Below are positions 8,704 to 18,298 of a stretch of DNA of 38,146 nucleotides, piece after piece (the stretch's first letter is position 1; each line of letters begins with the position of its first letter). This DNA comes from Phycisphaerae bacterium. GTDB taxonomy: Bacteria > Planctomycetota > Phycisphaerae > JAAYCJ01. Below the pieces are notes generated by a model. That model saw only the letters and a list, made by a program, of their open reading frames with translations. It was not told where the DNA came from and ran no database searches. Made by a program: the position numbers and the translations under genes. The DNA is taken from positions 1 through 38,146 of the forward strand of contig JAAZAW010000314.1 in NCBI GenBank assembly GCA_012514125.1, read 5' to 3'.

Positions 8704-9699
8704 ATGTGCATGGCTGCAACATTCGATCAATTAGTCCGACAAAATAAACGCAACAGCGTCCTGCTGATGATCATCGTCTCACTGGTGGTGATCGTTTTCG
8801 GCGGCGTCATTGGCGGTGTGATTGGTGAAAACGTCCGCCCCGGAGCGTATGGCGATATGGAGTCCGGATCGCAAAATGACATCACCGCAGACGTCATTAC
8901 GGGCATGTTCATCGCAACAGGCGTCGCGGTCGTCATGCTGCTTTTCGGATTTTATGGCGGCAGCGGGACGATTCTTGCGATTTCCGGCGCCAAACGCATC
9001 GAAAAACAAGATGATCCGCAATTATTTAACGTGGTGGAAGAAATGGCCATCGCGGGCGGCTTGCCCATGCCCCAAATTTACCTGATAGACGATTCCGCCC
9101 CTAACGCCTTCGCTACAGGCAGAGACCCTGAGCATAGCGTCGTCGCCATTACCACGGGGCTGCGAACCAAACTCACCCGCGACGAGCTTCAAGGGGTAAT
9201 CGCCCACGAAATGAGTCATATTCGTAATTATGATATTCGATTTGCCATGCTGATGGCTGTGTTGGTCGGGTTGATCGCCCTGATGGCGGATTTTTTCTTG
9301 CGATATTTGTGGTTCGGCGGCGGACGTCGATCGCGGCGGTCGGGCAACAGTTCGTCGGACGGTGGGGCGGCAGTGTTGATCATGATGCTTGTTGCCATTG
9401 TATTAAGTATTATTGCGCCGATCATAGCCAAGCTGATTCAATTGGCGGTTTCCCGACAGCGGGAATATCTGGCGGACGCCTCGGCGGTGGAACTGACTCG
9501 AAATCCCGACGGTCTGGCGGGGGCGCTGGCAAAAATTGCCGGCGATAAAGAGGTTCTTGAATCCGCCAATCGAGCCACGCAACATTTATATATTGTCAAC
9601 CCTATTAAGTCGGCAGAAGAACGAGCCAAATTTCTTTTCAGCACGCACCCGCCGATCAAGGAACGTATCGCCCGCATCATGTCACTCAAGCATGCCTGA
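8704..9699 (+). CDS. htpX: M48-family zinc metalloprotease, HtpX-like
   Basis: N-terminal TM helices, NAFATGRDPEHSVVAITTGL, the HExxH motif VIAHEMSHIRNYD, and the C-terminal LFSTHPPIKERI. The start is uncertain: ATG at 8704 or 8710, versus the track's TTG at 8677. Confidence 0.85.
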   Translation: MCMAATFDQLVRQNKRNSVLLMIIVSLVVIVFGGVIGGVIGENVRPGAYGDMESGSQNDITADVITGMFIATGVAVVMLLFGFYGGSGTILAISGAKRIEKQDDPQLFNVVEEMAIAGGLPMPQIYLIDDSAPNAFATGRDPEHSVVAITTGLRTKLTRDELQGVIAHEMSHIRNYDIRFAMLMAVLVGLIALMADFFLRYLWFGGGRRSRRSGNSSSDGGAAVLIMMLVAIVLSIIAPIIAKLIQLAVSRQREYLADASAVELTRNPDGLAGALAKIAGDKEVLESANRATQHLYIVNPIKSAEERAKFLFSTHPPIKERIARIMSLKHA

Positions 9700-9954
9700 A
9701 ATTTGTTCATTCACCAACCGGTTCTTTTGAAATCCTGTTGAAAATGTGTGAATATCTTGGCATGATAGGGGGGCGCAATATTTGCTTTATGAAATGCGTA
9801 AAATTTATTATCTATTATTGTTATAACGTCTACAACTAAGAATTACCGGCCTGGAATCCAAAACAGCCTCAAGAGCTTTCTCTGGATCGTCCGATAATCT
9901 TAAGATTGCAAGGATATAATGAGAATACAAAAACTTTTTTGATGGAAGATTCTC

Positions 9955-11748
9955 ATGATGAACCGTACGGATCGAACCTGTAAGGTTAAACGAATTTCGA
10001 TGGTAATCACAGCCCTGGCGGGTTGTGTATCGGTGTTTTTAATTGGTTGCCGGAGTGGGGGAATGACTCTGGGGACCACTCAGCCGGCGAAAGATGCCCA
10101 AACATTGAAAGCGGAAGCGGAACAGGCGGCGCTTTATCAAAAAAATGGCCCATTGCCGGGAACCATCGGTTCGGCGACGTATGTGGAAGGGGCGAGGTCG
10201 ATGTTTGTCCAGGGATACGGTCTGGTGATCGGCCTGGCAGGAACGGGTTCGAGCGAATGCCCTGAGCCGTTGCGTATGGAGTTGATGAATACGATCGCCA
10301 AATATCAAAAGTTGTACGGTGAACGGGGACGTGTGCCGAGTATTGCGGCAGGGGCGATTATCGATTCGCGCAATACCGCGGTGGTGCGGGTATCGGGAAA
10401 CATCCCCTTTGGTACGGTCAAAGGCGGACGTTTCGATCTGGTGGTCGAGGCGATGCCCAATACGGGAACGACGTCGCTGGAGGGGGGACGTTTGCTGGCG
10501 GCGGATATGCGTATTTACGCCGGTTCGATGGTGGGGCGAAACAACAGCTCACGAATTATTGCGAGCGGTGAGGGACCGATTTTCATCAATCCCTTTGAGA
10601 AAAAAGAGAAAAAGGGTGTTTTGCAACTCAAGCGAAAAGGCTATGTGCTCGACGGCGGGATCAATCTGGAAGATCGCCGGATTCACTTGAAACTTTATCA
10701 GCCTTCATATGGAACCTCGCGGGCCATTGAGCAGCGGATCAATTCCATTTTCGGACCGCCGCCCGACGATCCATTGTGGCAGACCGCCAGGGCGGACGGA
10801 CCCGACAGTATCGCGATTCAGATTCCTCGCGAGTATCGTGACCGCGATCGGCTGGAAGATTTTCTCAAGCTGGTTCGGAATTTATATATTCAGAGCGATC
10901 CGGGATATATCGAGGGGATGGCCAATAAACTCGCGCAGCAGATCAGCGATCCGATGGCCAATGCCGAGGCGATTTCCTACGCCTGGGAAGCGATGGGGCG
11001 ATCGATGTTACCGTTGATTCAGCCGATTTATACCAGTTCGAACAAACAATCGCAATTTTATGCCGTTCGCGCCGGAGCGAAGCTCGGCGATATGGTCGCG
11101 ATCGAACGTCTTGCCACTTACGCGGTTGACGTCAAGAATCCGTATCGCAAACGCGCGATCGATACGCTCTGTTATTGCGATTCGGTGCATTCCAGGCGGG
11201 TGTTGCGAAAACTCATGGACGATACGGACCTCGATATTCGTATCAAGGCGTATGAAGGATTGGCGAGAATGCGGGATATTTCGATCTCTCGCGTGTACGT
11301 GGGCGAGGACATGCTGATTGTCGATACAGTGGACACCCGTGCCTGGCCCTTGGTTTACGTGACACGGTCGGGTCAGCCCAAGATTGTGATTTTCGGCAGG
11401 CTTCGTATCGATCCGCCGGTATTTTATGCTCATCCGGACAATAGTGTGACGATTTCAGCGGATTCGAACGACAAGGTGGTCGGACTGATTCGCAAATCGC
11501 CTTCAGGCATCAGCAGCGGTCGGGTTGAAAAGCCGTTGGAACTTGCGCCGTTGCTGGTTTTTCTGGCGAATGACGCAAAGGTATTGCAGGAGGGGAAAGT
11601 GGCGGGTTTTGCTCTGCCGTACAGTCACCTGGTGGCGATATTGAACCAATTGTGCAAAGACGGGGCGATTCCGGCGAAATTTAAAATGCAGGACCTGACA
11701 CAAATCGAGTCTGAAGACGATCTGTTCGGTCGGCCTGAGAAGGATTGA
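9955..11748 (+). CDS. FlgI (flagellar P-ring)-like lipoprotein with an internal HEAT-like repeat insertion
   Basis: Lipobox candidates LAGC and LIGC. FlgI-like blocks VQGYGLVIGLAGTGSSE, TAVVRVSGNIP...GGRFDLVVEA...SLEGGRLL, and the C-terminal VAILNQLCKDGAIPAKFKMQ. The middle region (about aa 320-450) reads as HEAT/PBS-lyase-like repeats (AVRAGAKLGDMVAIERL...RKRAIDTL...DLDIRIKAYEGLARMRD). Confidence 0.65.
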   Translation: MMNRTDRTCKVKRISMVITALAGCVSVFLIGCRSGGMTLGTTQPAKDAQTLKAEAEQAALYQKNGPLPGTIGSATYVEGARSMFVQGYGLVIGLAGTGSSECPEPLRMELMNTIAKYQKLYGERGRVPSIAAGAIIDSRNTAVVRVSGNIPFGTVKGGRFDLVVEAMPNTGTTSLEGGRLLAADMRIYAGSMVGRNNSSRIIASGEGPIFINPFEKKEKKGVLQLKRKGYVLDGGINLEDRRIHLKLYQPSYGTSRAIEQRINSIFGPPPDDPLWQTARADGPDSIAIQIPREYRDRDRLEDFLKLVRNLYIQSDPGYIEGMANKLAQQISDPMANAEAISYAWEAMGRSMLPLIQPIYTSSNKQSQFYAVRAGAKLGDMVAIERLATYAVDVKNPYRKRAIDTLCYCDSVHSRRVLRKLMDDTDLDIRIKAYEGLARMRDISISRVYVGEDMLIVDTVDTRAWPLVYVTRSGQPKIVIFGRLRIDPPVFYAHPDNSVTISADSNDKVVGLIRKSPSGISSGRVEKPLELAPLLVFLANDAKVLQEGKVAGFALPYSHLVAILNQLCKDGAIPAKFKMQDLTQIESEDDLFGRPEKD

Positions 11749-11860
11749 GAGAGCGGGCATTAGGCTTTGGACTTTGGGGTTGGGGAAGAGGGCGAAGCTT
11801 TGAGTTGCAAACTTTGATGATTAAAAAGGGTGGCAGTCATACAACAGAGGACTATTGCTT

Positions 11861-14800
11861 ATGCGTTTGAAAAAATTAACCTTGCACGGTTTTAAGAGTT
11901 TTGCTGACAGGACGGAATTGGATTTCGACGCGGGGATCACGGCGATTGTCGGGCCTAACGGCTGCGGCAAGAGCAACGTGGTCGATGCGTTCAAGTGGGT
12001 GCTTGGCGAGCAATCCGCCAAAAGTCTGCGAGGCCGACAGATGCTCGACGTGATTTTTAACGGATCGAGCGGGCGAAAGAGCAGCGGCATGGCGGAAGTG
12101 GCGCTGACGTTCGAAGCGGAGGGTGAACTCTGCGAACAATACGGGGCCGAGGTGGTGATTACCCGTCGGCTTTATCGCAGCGGCCAGAGCGATTATCTGG
12201 TGAACAACAAACCATCGCGATTGAAGGATATTCGCGAGTTGTTCATGGATACGGGCTGCGGTGTCGATGCCTATAGCCTGATCGAACAGGGCAAGGTCGA
12301 TTTGCTCTTGCAGGCGTCGAACCAGGAACGCCGGGCGGTGCTTGAAGAAGCGGCGGGTATCAGCAAATACAAAGCCCGACGAAAAGAAGCTCAGAGACGT
12401 CTGGAAAACGTCCAGCAGAACTTGCTGCGTCTTGGCGATATCGTTTCCGAGGTCGAAAAGCAGTTGCGAAGCGTCAAACTTCAGGCGGGCAAGGCGAGAA
12501 ATTATCAGCAATACGTCACGCAGCTTAACGAGATGAAATCGCAGTATTATCTGGCGGAATATCATCGTTTGATGGAACAACAGGGTCATCTGCGTGTCGA
12601 GCTTGACGAGGTGAACCAGGACCTTCGCGATTCGAAGATCAAACAGGACCTGGCGGAGTCCAATCGCAGCGAGCTTGAACTCCAGCTTGTCGATTACGGC
12701 AATAAAATTTCGGGTATCGAAAATCAATTGACGCAAACGGTCGGTCAGATCACCTCCGCCACCGACAATATCGATCTGCTTCACCAGCGAATCGAAGAGC
12801 AAGGCGAAATTTTGAACCAGGCGAGACGCCGGCTTCAGACGTATCATACGCAGACCGAGATTTTGCAGCGACAACAGAAGGAACTGGAATCTCAGCTTGG
12901 GGAATTCACCGGCGAGGATCAATCGTTCAACCTGAGAATTCAGGAGTTGCAAAAACAACTGACGGAAAAGACGCTCGACCTGACCGAACTGACCGAAGAG
13001 GTCGAAGCGGAAAAATCGAACCTGATCGAACTGATGCGTCAGATCGCTCAGGCGAATAATATGATCAATCAGACGTCGATTCAGCACCAGAATATTATCT
13101 CCAATCGTGAACGGCTCGAAGCCCGCCAGACGCAACTCGAATCGCAGCGGTCGGAAATCCAAACCCGACGAAGCGGCTTGCAACATGAATTCGAGGAAGT
13201 GCAGGAAAGTTTGACGGCTAGCGAGAACGACTTGTCGCAGGTTCAACGGCAATACGAAGAACTTCATCAGCAAGCGGACCAGATCACCAAGGACCTCGCG
13301 CACGCGAGAGAAAAGCGTTCCGCCGTTCGGTCGCGTCACGATGTCCTGCACGATATGGAACACAAACAGCAGGGCCTGGACAAAGGCGTCCGGACGCTAC
13401 TTGAGCGTAAGGAAGAAAAGCCCGAAGAGTTCGCCGGCATTTTGACGCTGGTGGCGGATGCGATTCACACCGATCTGGAACACGCGAAAATGATCGAAAC
13501 CGCATTGGCGGGGCGAGATCAGTGCGTGGTGGTGGACAAGGCGGAATTTCTGGAACGCCATTGTCCGCTTTTGACAGAGTTGCCGGGACAGGTGAACTTT
13601 TTTCCGATGGACCTTCTCGCTCCGGTGGTGAATCCTCGCGATTACGGCCATATCGACGGTGTGATCGGCCTGGCGACGAAATTCGTCCGTAACGACCCGG
13701 CTTACGATCAACTGGTTCATGTGCTGCTGGGCAAGACCGTGCTGGTGCGCGATCTGACAACGGCGATGACACTCCGGCGAGACGATAACGCCGGTATGCG
13801 GTTCGTCACGCTCGACGGCGAACTTATCGAGTCGGACGGTTCGGTGCATATCGGTGTGGGCAAGGGCGGGGGCGGTTTGATCTCGCGAAAATCCGAACTC
13901 GAAGCCCTGACGGCGCAACTGGCGGAACTCGACGAACAGATCAACCAACTCGACCAGCTTTCGCGTCAGACGAATGAACAGCAGCGAGAACTGGCTGCCC
14001 GTCAGCAGCAATTGCGAACGAAAATTTATGAGTTCAAAACCGCCCGCGTGCAGTTGCAGACGAATCTGGCCAATTGCGACGAACAGTTTCGCAAGATCGC
14101 CCAGGAAGAGCCGATCATCAAGTCGGAACTCGACTCGCTCGAACAGCAGGAAAATTTCGCCATCGAGCAGCAGGAGCAGGCGTTGGAAAAAGTCGCCACG
14201 CTGGAGTCCCAACAATCCGAAGCACAGTATAAACTTCAGGCGATGCAGGGGCAATTGCAGACGCGGCTGGTCGATAAAAACAAACTCGCCGAACAACTTA
14301 CGGAATTGAAGATTCAGGCGGGACAACTGGCGGAAAAACGCCGGGCCGCCGTCAATGCGATTAATTCGCTCAAGCAGCGGATCCAGCAGATCCACGCATC
14401 TTATGAAACGGCGGTCGTGGAAATTCAATCGGCTCAAACCCGCATTCAACAGGCGGAACGCCAGATTTTGAACCTTGAAAGCCGACAGGCCAAGGCGTAT
14501 CTGGACAAGCAGGAACTCCAGGCAGAATCCGCCTGGCTTCGCCAGCATCGCGACGCCCATCAGCAGACGCTTCAAACACTGCTCGATTCGACGCAGGACG
14601 TTCGTCAACGAGTCGAAACTCTCCAGCAACGCACGCAGGACCTGGCTTTGAAGATCAACGAATTGACCGTTCGCCAGGAAACGCTGATTCAGCGGGTTCA
14701 GGAAGAGCTTCAGGTGGACGTCGAACATGCCTACGGCCAGTATGAATATCAGGAGCGGGACTGGGAGGCGGTGGAAGACGAAATCAACGAACTCAAGGGC

Positions 14801-15460
14801 AAAATCGCTCGGCTTGGCAATGTCAATGTCGATGCCATCGCCGAGCAGGAACAGCTTGAAGCTCGGGAAGTATTCTTACATTCGCAGCAGAAAGACCTGA
14901 TCGAAGCCCAGGAAAAATTGCAGGACCTGATCCAGAAACTCGACGAGGAGTCCGCTCGGCGATTCAAAGAAACCTTTGAAAGCGTTCGGGCAAATTTCCA
15001 GGATTTGTTCCGCAAAATCTTCGGCGGCGGCAAGGCGGACCTGGTGCTCGACAATCCGGACGATGCGCTCGAAAGCGGCATCGATATTCTGGCCCGTCCG
15101 CCGGGAAAAGAAACTCGTTCGGTAAGCTTGCTTTCGGGCGGCGAAAAGACCATGACGACGGTGGCATTGCTGATGGCGATTTTCAAATCCAGGCCTTCGC
15201 CGTTCTGTATTCTGGACGAAGTGGATGCGGCCCTCGACGAGGCGAACGTGGATCGATTCAACTTGGTGATTCAGGAATTCCTGAGCCATTCGCAGTTTAT
15301 CGTAATTTCGCACAACAAACGAACGATGAGCTATGCCAATGTGCTTTACGGAATTACGATGCAGGAAGCGGGCATCAGCCGCCGTGTCGCCGTGAAGTTC
15401 GACGACAAAAGCGGTGCTCCCAAACCCATCAACAAGGACGATGAAACCGAAGCCGCCTGA
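11861..15460 (+). CDS. smc: Chromosome partition protein Smc
   Basis: MRLKKLTLHGFKSFADRT...GPNGCGKSN (Walker A), long coiled coils, hinge (GRDQCVVVD, GGGGLISRK), signature LSGGEKTMT, and Walker B FCILDEVDAALD. I prefer the ATG at 11861 to the TTG at 11855. Confidence 0.95.
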   Translation: MRLKKLTLHGFKSFADRTELDFDAGITAIVGPNGCGKSNVVDAFKWVLGEQSAKSLRGRQMLDVIFNGSSGRKSSGMAEVALTFEAEGELCEQYGAEVVITRRLYRSGQSDYLVNNKPSRLKDIRELFMDTGCGVDAYSLIEQGKVDLLLQASNQERRAVLEEAAGISKYKARRKEAQRRLENVQQNLLRLGDIVSEVEKQLRSVKLQAGKARNYQQYVTQLNEMKSQYYLAEYHRLMEQQGHLRVELDEVNQDLRDSKIKQDLAESNRSELELQLVDYGNKISGIENQLTQTVGQITSATDNIDLLHQRIEEQGEILNQARRRLQTYHTQTEILQRQQKELESQLGEFTGEDQSFNLRIQELQKQLTEKTLDLTELTEEVEAEKSNLIELMRQIAQANNMINQTSIQHQNIISNRERLEARQTQLESQRSEIQTRRSGLQHEFEEVQESLTASENDLSQVQRQYEELHQQADQITKDLAHAREKRSAVRSRHDVLHDMEHKQQGLDKGVRTLLERKEEKPEEFAGILTLVADAIHTDLEHAKMIETALAGRDQCVVVDKAEFLERHCPLLTELPGQVNFFPMDLLAPVVNPRDYGHIDGVIGLATKFVRNDPAYDQLVHVLLGKTVLVRDLTTAMTLRRDDNAGMRFVTLDGELIESDGSVHIGVGKGGGGLISRKSELEALTAQLAELDEQINQLDQLSRQTNEQQRELAARQQQLRTKIYEFKTARVQLQTNLANCDEQFRKIAQEEPIIKSELDSLEQQENFAIEQQEQALEKVATLESQQSEAQYKLQAMQGQLQTRLVDKNKLAEQLTELKIQAGQLAEKRRAAVNAINSLKQRIQQIHASYETAVVEIQSAQTRIQQAERQILNLESRQAKAYLDKQELQAESAWLRQHRDAHQQTLQTLLDSTQDVRQRVETLQQRTQDLALKINELTVRQETLIQRVQEELQVDVEHAYGQYEYQERDWEAVEDEINELKGKIARLGNVNVDAIAEQEQLEAREVFLHSQQKDLIEAQEKLQDLIQKLDEESARRFKETFESVRANFQDLFRKIFGGGKADLVLDNPDDALESGIDILARPPGKETRSVSLLSGGEKTMTTVALLMAIFKSRPSPFCILDEVDAALDEANVDRFNLVIQEFLSHSQFIVISHNKRTMSYANVLYGITMQEAGISRRVAVKFDDKSGAPKPINKDDETEAA

Positions 15461-15491
15461 CGACGGAAAGGTTTTGTTCGATGAATCAGTT

Positions 15492-15528
15492 AAAAAAACC
15501 ACGACGGATCAATCAGCCGTGGTTTTTT
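15492..15528. terminator. Candidate bidirectional terminator between the convergent smc and FGE-domain genes
   Basis: AAAAAAACCACG 15492-15503 pairs with CGTGGTTTTTT 15518-15528 around a 14-nt loop. The stem is flanked by an A-tract and a T-tract. Confidence 0.5.
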
Positions 15529-15549
15529 ATGCCGATCGGTAAAAATGAT

Positions 15550-16644
15550 CTATCGAATTCTCAGTACGCCGCGGAAACCGATATTCATTCCATGATAATT
15601 CGGATTGGCTGAATTTCGGAACGTGGTTCGACACTTGGCCAGTTCGCTGGTGAACGCTCCGCCGCGAATGACCCGGTTGCACCCGAACATGGGACCCTGA
15701 GGATTGACAAATTCCCGCTCGACCTCCAGATCGCATCGGATTTCGTCGCCGGCGGCAAAGTTCGTTACCGAATAAAACGTCGGATCATAAAAATCCTTGG
15801 CCCATTCCCAGACATTCCCCGCCATGTTGTAAACACCGTAAGGACTCCGACCGGCAGCGTAAGACGTCACTGAAGCGGTGTAATCGGCTCCGTCGCCCTG
15901 AGAGGGAGCAATGTAGTTTAGTCGATAATTCCTGCTGTCGGGTTGGATGTCGCCCCAGGGGTATATACGGCCCTGAGGCCCCTTGGCGGCGAGTTCCCAC
16001 TCCGCTTCGGTGGGAAGGTCCTTGCCGACCCATCGCGTGTAGTACCAAGCCTCCCAGAAGCTCACTGCCCTCACCGGATGACAGTCATTGACGCAGGGTT
16101 CCCAGTATTTCTTGAAAAATTCGACATTCATGCAGCAGTCCTGCAAGCTCTCGCAAAGCTCATAGCACTCGTCGCTCGCCGCCCGCCATTTGCTGGTCAA
16201 TGTCGGATAACAGGAATCGATGGTAATTCTTGCGGTTGACAGACAGGGATCGTCTTTTTTCATGAAACACCCCTGACGTTTTGTCGCTTTCGCGAATCGA
16301 TTGAATTGAACGTTGGTGACTTCATACAAATCGATATAGAATTTATCGACCTTGACCACATGAGCGGGAACTTCGTTAGGTCTTCCCGCCGATGACCCCA
16401 TGACATAGGTCGTTTCCGGCACCAGCACCATCACCGAACCGTCCTTGCAGTTCATAATGTAGGTAGGCCAGTTTTCTTCGTCGTAATCGCAGTCGCCAAG
16501 CCCCTGAACGACAACGTAATTTTTAGGCAAAATTACGTCGGTCGTCATTTCACCGTCACAAGCGACTTTGGCACAGCTGGAAAAGAACACAACAGACAGG
16601 AACAGAAAAAACATTGCGGACACACAGACCCGTTTCGTCTTCAT
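15550..16644 (-). CDS. Formylglycine-generating enzyme (SUMF1/FGE-sulfatase) family lipoprotein
   Basis: Signal peptide and lipobox FFSSC. LPTEAEWELAAKG, YPWGD, MAGNVWEW, and RVIRGGAF...NIGFRGV. GGGAGG RBS. Confidence 0.8.
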   Translation of the reverse strand: MKTKRVCVSAMFFLFLSVVFFSSCAKVACDGEMTTDVILPKNYVVVQGLGDCDYDEENWPTYIMNCKDGSVMVLVPETTYVMGSSAGRPNEVPAHVVKVDKFYIDLYEVTNVQFNRFAKATKRQGCFMKKDDPCLSTARITIDSCYPTLTSKWRAASDECYELCESLQDCCMNVEFFKKYWEPCVNDCHPVRAVSFWEAWYYTRWVGKDLPTEAEWELAAKGPQGRIYPWGDIQPDSRNYRLNYIAPSQGDGADYTASVTSYAAGRSPYGVYNMAGNVWEWAKDFYDPTFYSVTNFAAGDEIRCDLEVEREFVNPQGPMFGCNRVIRGGAFTSELAKCRTTFRNSANPNYHGMNIGFRGVLRIR

Positions 16645-16754
16645 TGGTGTAACCTCCCATTACCAAGACAGACTCAATGCACATCATACAAAACGTGTTA
16701 TCTCCTAATCCCCCCAAATGAATCTTCCTTGCATCAGGTCATTGGGTCTCAACG

Positions 16755-16790
16755 AAAAGCAATCCGGTGTTTGCCGGATTGCCTTATTTT
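16755..16790 (-). terminator. Candidate terminator downstream of the 16856..17866 gene
   Basis: GCAATCCGG 16759-16767 pairs with CCGGATTGC 16774-16782. The stem has A/T runs on both flanks. Confidence 0.5.
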
Positions 16791-16855
16791 GATGCTCCCC
16801 AATGAGTACAAGGAGCCGTTATTCATTTGTTAAGAGAGTTGTTGCCTCGCGGTTC

Positions 16856-17866
16856 TTATTGCACCACAGGCGTTTCAACGATATTAACCGTTTGCGATTC
16901 GGTCGATTCGATCGATACGGTGGCTTCGGACGGCTCGCAACCCCACTGCAGATGCCGACCACCGACTCGCATGACCAGAACCACCTGCCCCAGATAGCTC
17001 GCTGCCTCGACCGGATCTTCGTGAGGCGGCAGAACTTCATCGGTGGCCAATACCATCATTTCACGACGGATCAAAACATTGTTCGCGTTAAGCAAGGCCT
17101 GATAACGAGCAGACTTGGCACGATTTTCATCCATCATCAACTCAAGCTTTTTGAGTTCGCACTGAATCTTGATGAAATCGTCATCGCACGGATTTTCCAG
17201 CCAATCAAGCTTGGCTTCGCAGAGCAAAGCCCGCAGACGCTGCTGATTTCCTCTCATGCAAACATACTCAACTTCAAGTTTGTCCAGACAGCATTTGATT
17301 TTCTTGAGATCGGCGATGAAAACGACCTTGGTCACCATATCGCCTGCTGCCAGACGTCCAAGATCGCTATACGTAATCCGCAGACCGGCAGGGGACTGAT
17401 ACGGGAAAATGGAATCCTTCGCTTCCAATCGGGTCGTCGGAGACGGTAACGCCACCGGAATAAAGGTTCGACGAATCATATCTTGGGCACCGGGCAGGGC
17501 ACATTCGTTCACTCTGAAAATCTGAACATCGCCATAAATGTTCGCACCGTCCCAGTCCTGACTCAGACCGGTGTATTTGAATTCATATCGCCCCGGAGCC
17601 AGATTGAACGTCGCCGTTTCTTCCGGAGTTCGTTCCAGTCGGCTGGAATCTTTCGTGTAAATTGAAATCTCATGTGAGCGGTTGGGAACAATCGTGCCGC
17701 AAACCTGGTCGCCGACCGTTACCATTGCGCCGGTGGGAGCAAAAAATTGAACCTGAACCTTGTTGAAATCATGATACCCTGTCTCGGGGCGTTCGCCACT
17801 GCAACCAAACAAAAACGCAACTGCCGACCCCAGACAAACCACCTTCGCCATTCTACTGATCACCAT
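16856..17866 (-). CDS. Hypothetical lipoprotein (beta-rich N-terminal half, Cys-containing helical C-terminal half)
   Basis: Lipobox LFGC. AAGGAG RBS 6 nt upstream of the ATG at 17866. I recognise no family. Confidence 0.6.
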   Translation of the reverse strand: MVISRMAKVVCLGSAVAFLFGCSGERPETGYHDFNKVQVQFFAPTGAMVTVGDQVCGTIVPNRSHEISIYTKDSSRLERTPEETATFNLAPGRYEFKYTGLSQDWDGANIYGDVQIFRVNECALPGAQDMIRRTFIPVALPSPTTRLEAKDSIFPYQSPAGLRITYSDLGRLAAGDMVTKVVFIADLKKIKCCLDKLEVEYVCMRGNQQRLRALLCEAKLDWLENPCDDDFIKIQCELKKLELMMDENRAKSARYQALLNANNVLIRREMMVLATDEVLPPHEDPVEAASYLGQVVLVMRVGGRHLQWGCEPSEATVSIESTESQTVNIVETPVVQ

Positions 17867-18081
17867 ATCGACTCCTTAGGCTAGACCAAATCTTTCGACG
17901 GATAACTTCGTAATGCCAACGCTCGCTTCTCCGAATTTAAATTCCGAAAAAGACAATAGTTACAACAATCAAAGATTAAATACTCACGCGAATTTGTCAA
18001 GAAAAAACTGCATTCCTTTTAGAAATAAACATTTTTTATCGCCCGTGAATTTCATGACTTACGCAGGTTATCCTGAAAAAG

Positions 18082-18114
18082 AAAAAGGGATCGTTTCGAC
18101 AACGATCCCTTTTT
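18082..18114 (-). terminator. Rho-independent terminator ending the ROS-detoxification gene array
   Basis: GGGATCGTT 18087-18095 pairs with AACGATCCC 18101-18109, loop TCGAC. The stem is flanked by A5 and T5. Confidence 0.8.
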
Positions 18115-18116
18115 AT

Positions 18117-18278
18117 CTATTTGACGGGGGTAAATTCCTCTTTTCCCGCTCCGCAGACAGGGCAGACCCAATCGTCCGGAAGGTTCTCAAACGCCGTCCC
18201 CGGTTCCACTCCATTCGCCGGATCGCCTTTGGCAGGGTCGTAAATGTAGCCGCAAACGACACATTCATAACTTTGCAT
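18117..18278 (-). CDS. rub: Rubredoxin (53 aa)
   Basis: Not in the ORF track because it is under 60 aa. My translation: [53 protein letters not shown], with the two CxxC pairs and the conserved DDWVCP. Confidence 0.9.
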   Translation of the reverse strand: MQSYECVVCGYIYDPAKGDPANGVEPGTAFENLPDDWVCPVCGAGKEEFTPVK

Positions 18279-18298
18279 GGTGCTGTCCTTTCAAAAAA

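Noticed and set aside
11876-14728. Two very long antisense ORFs (495 aa and 443 aa) opposite smc.
   Set aside because: Their products are low-complexity Leu/Phe/Gln/Arg strings mirroring the Glu/Gln/Leu/Lys-rich coiled-coil codons of Smc. The plus-strand frame carries all Smc signatures, and I see no motifs or RBS for the antisense frames.
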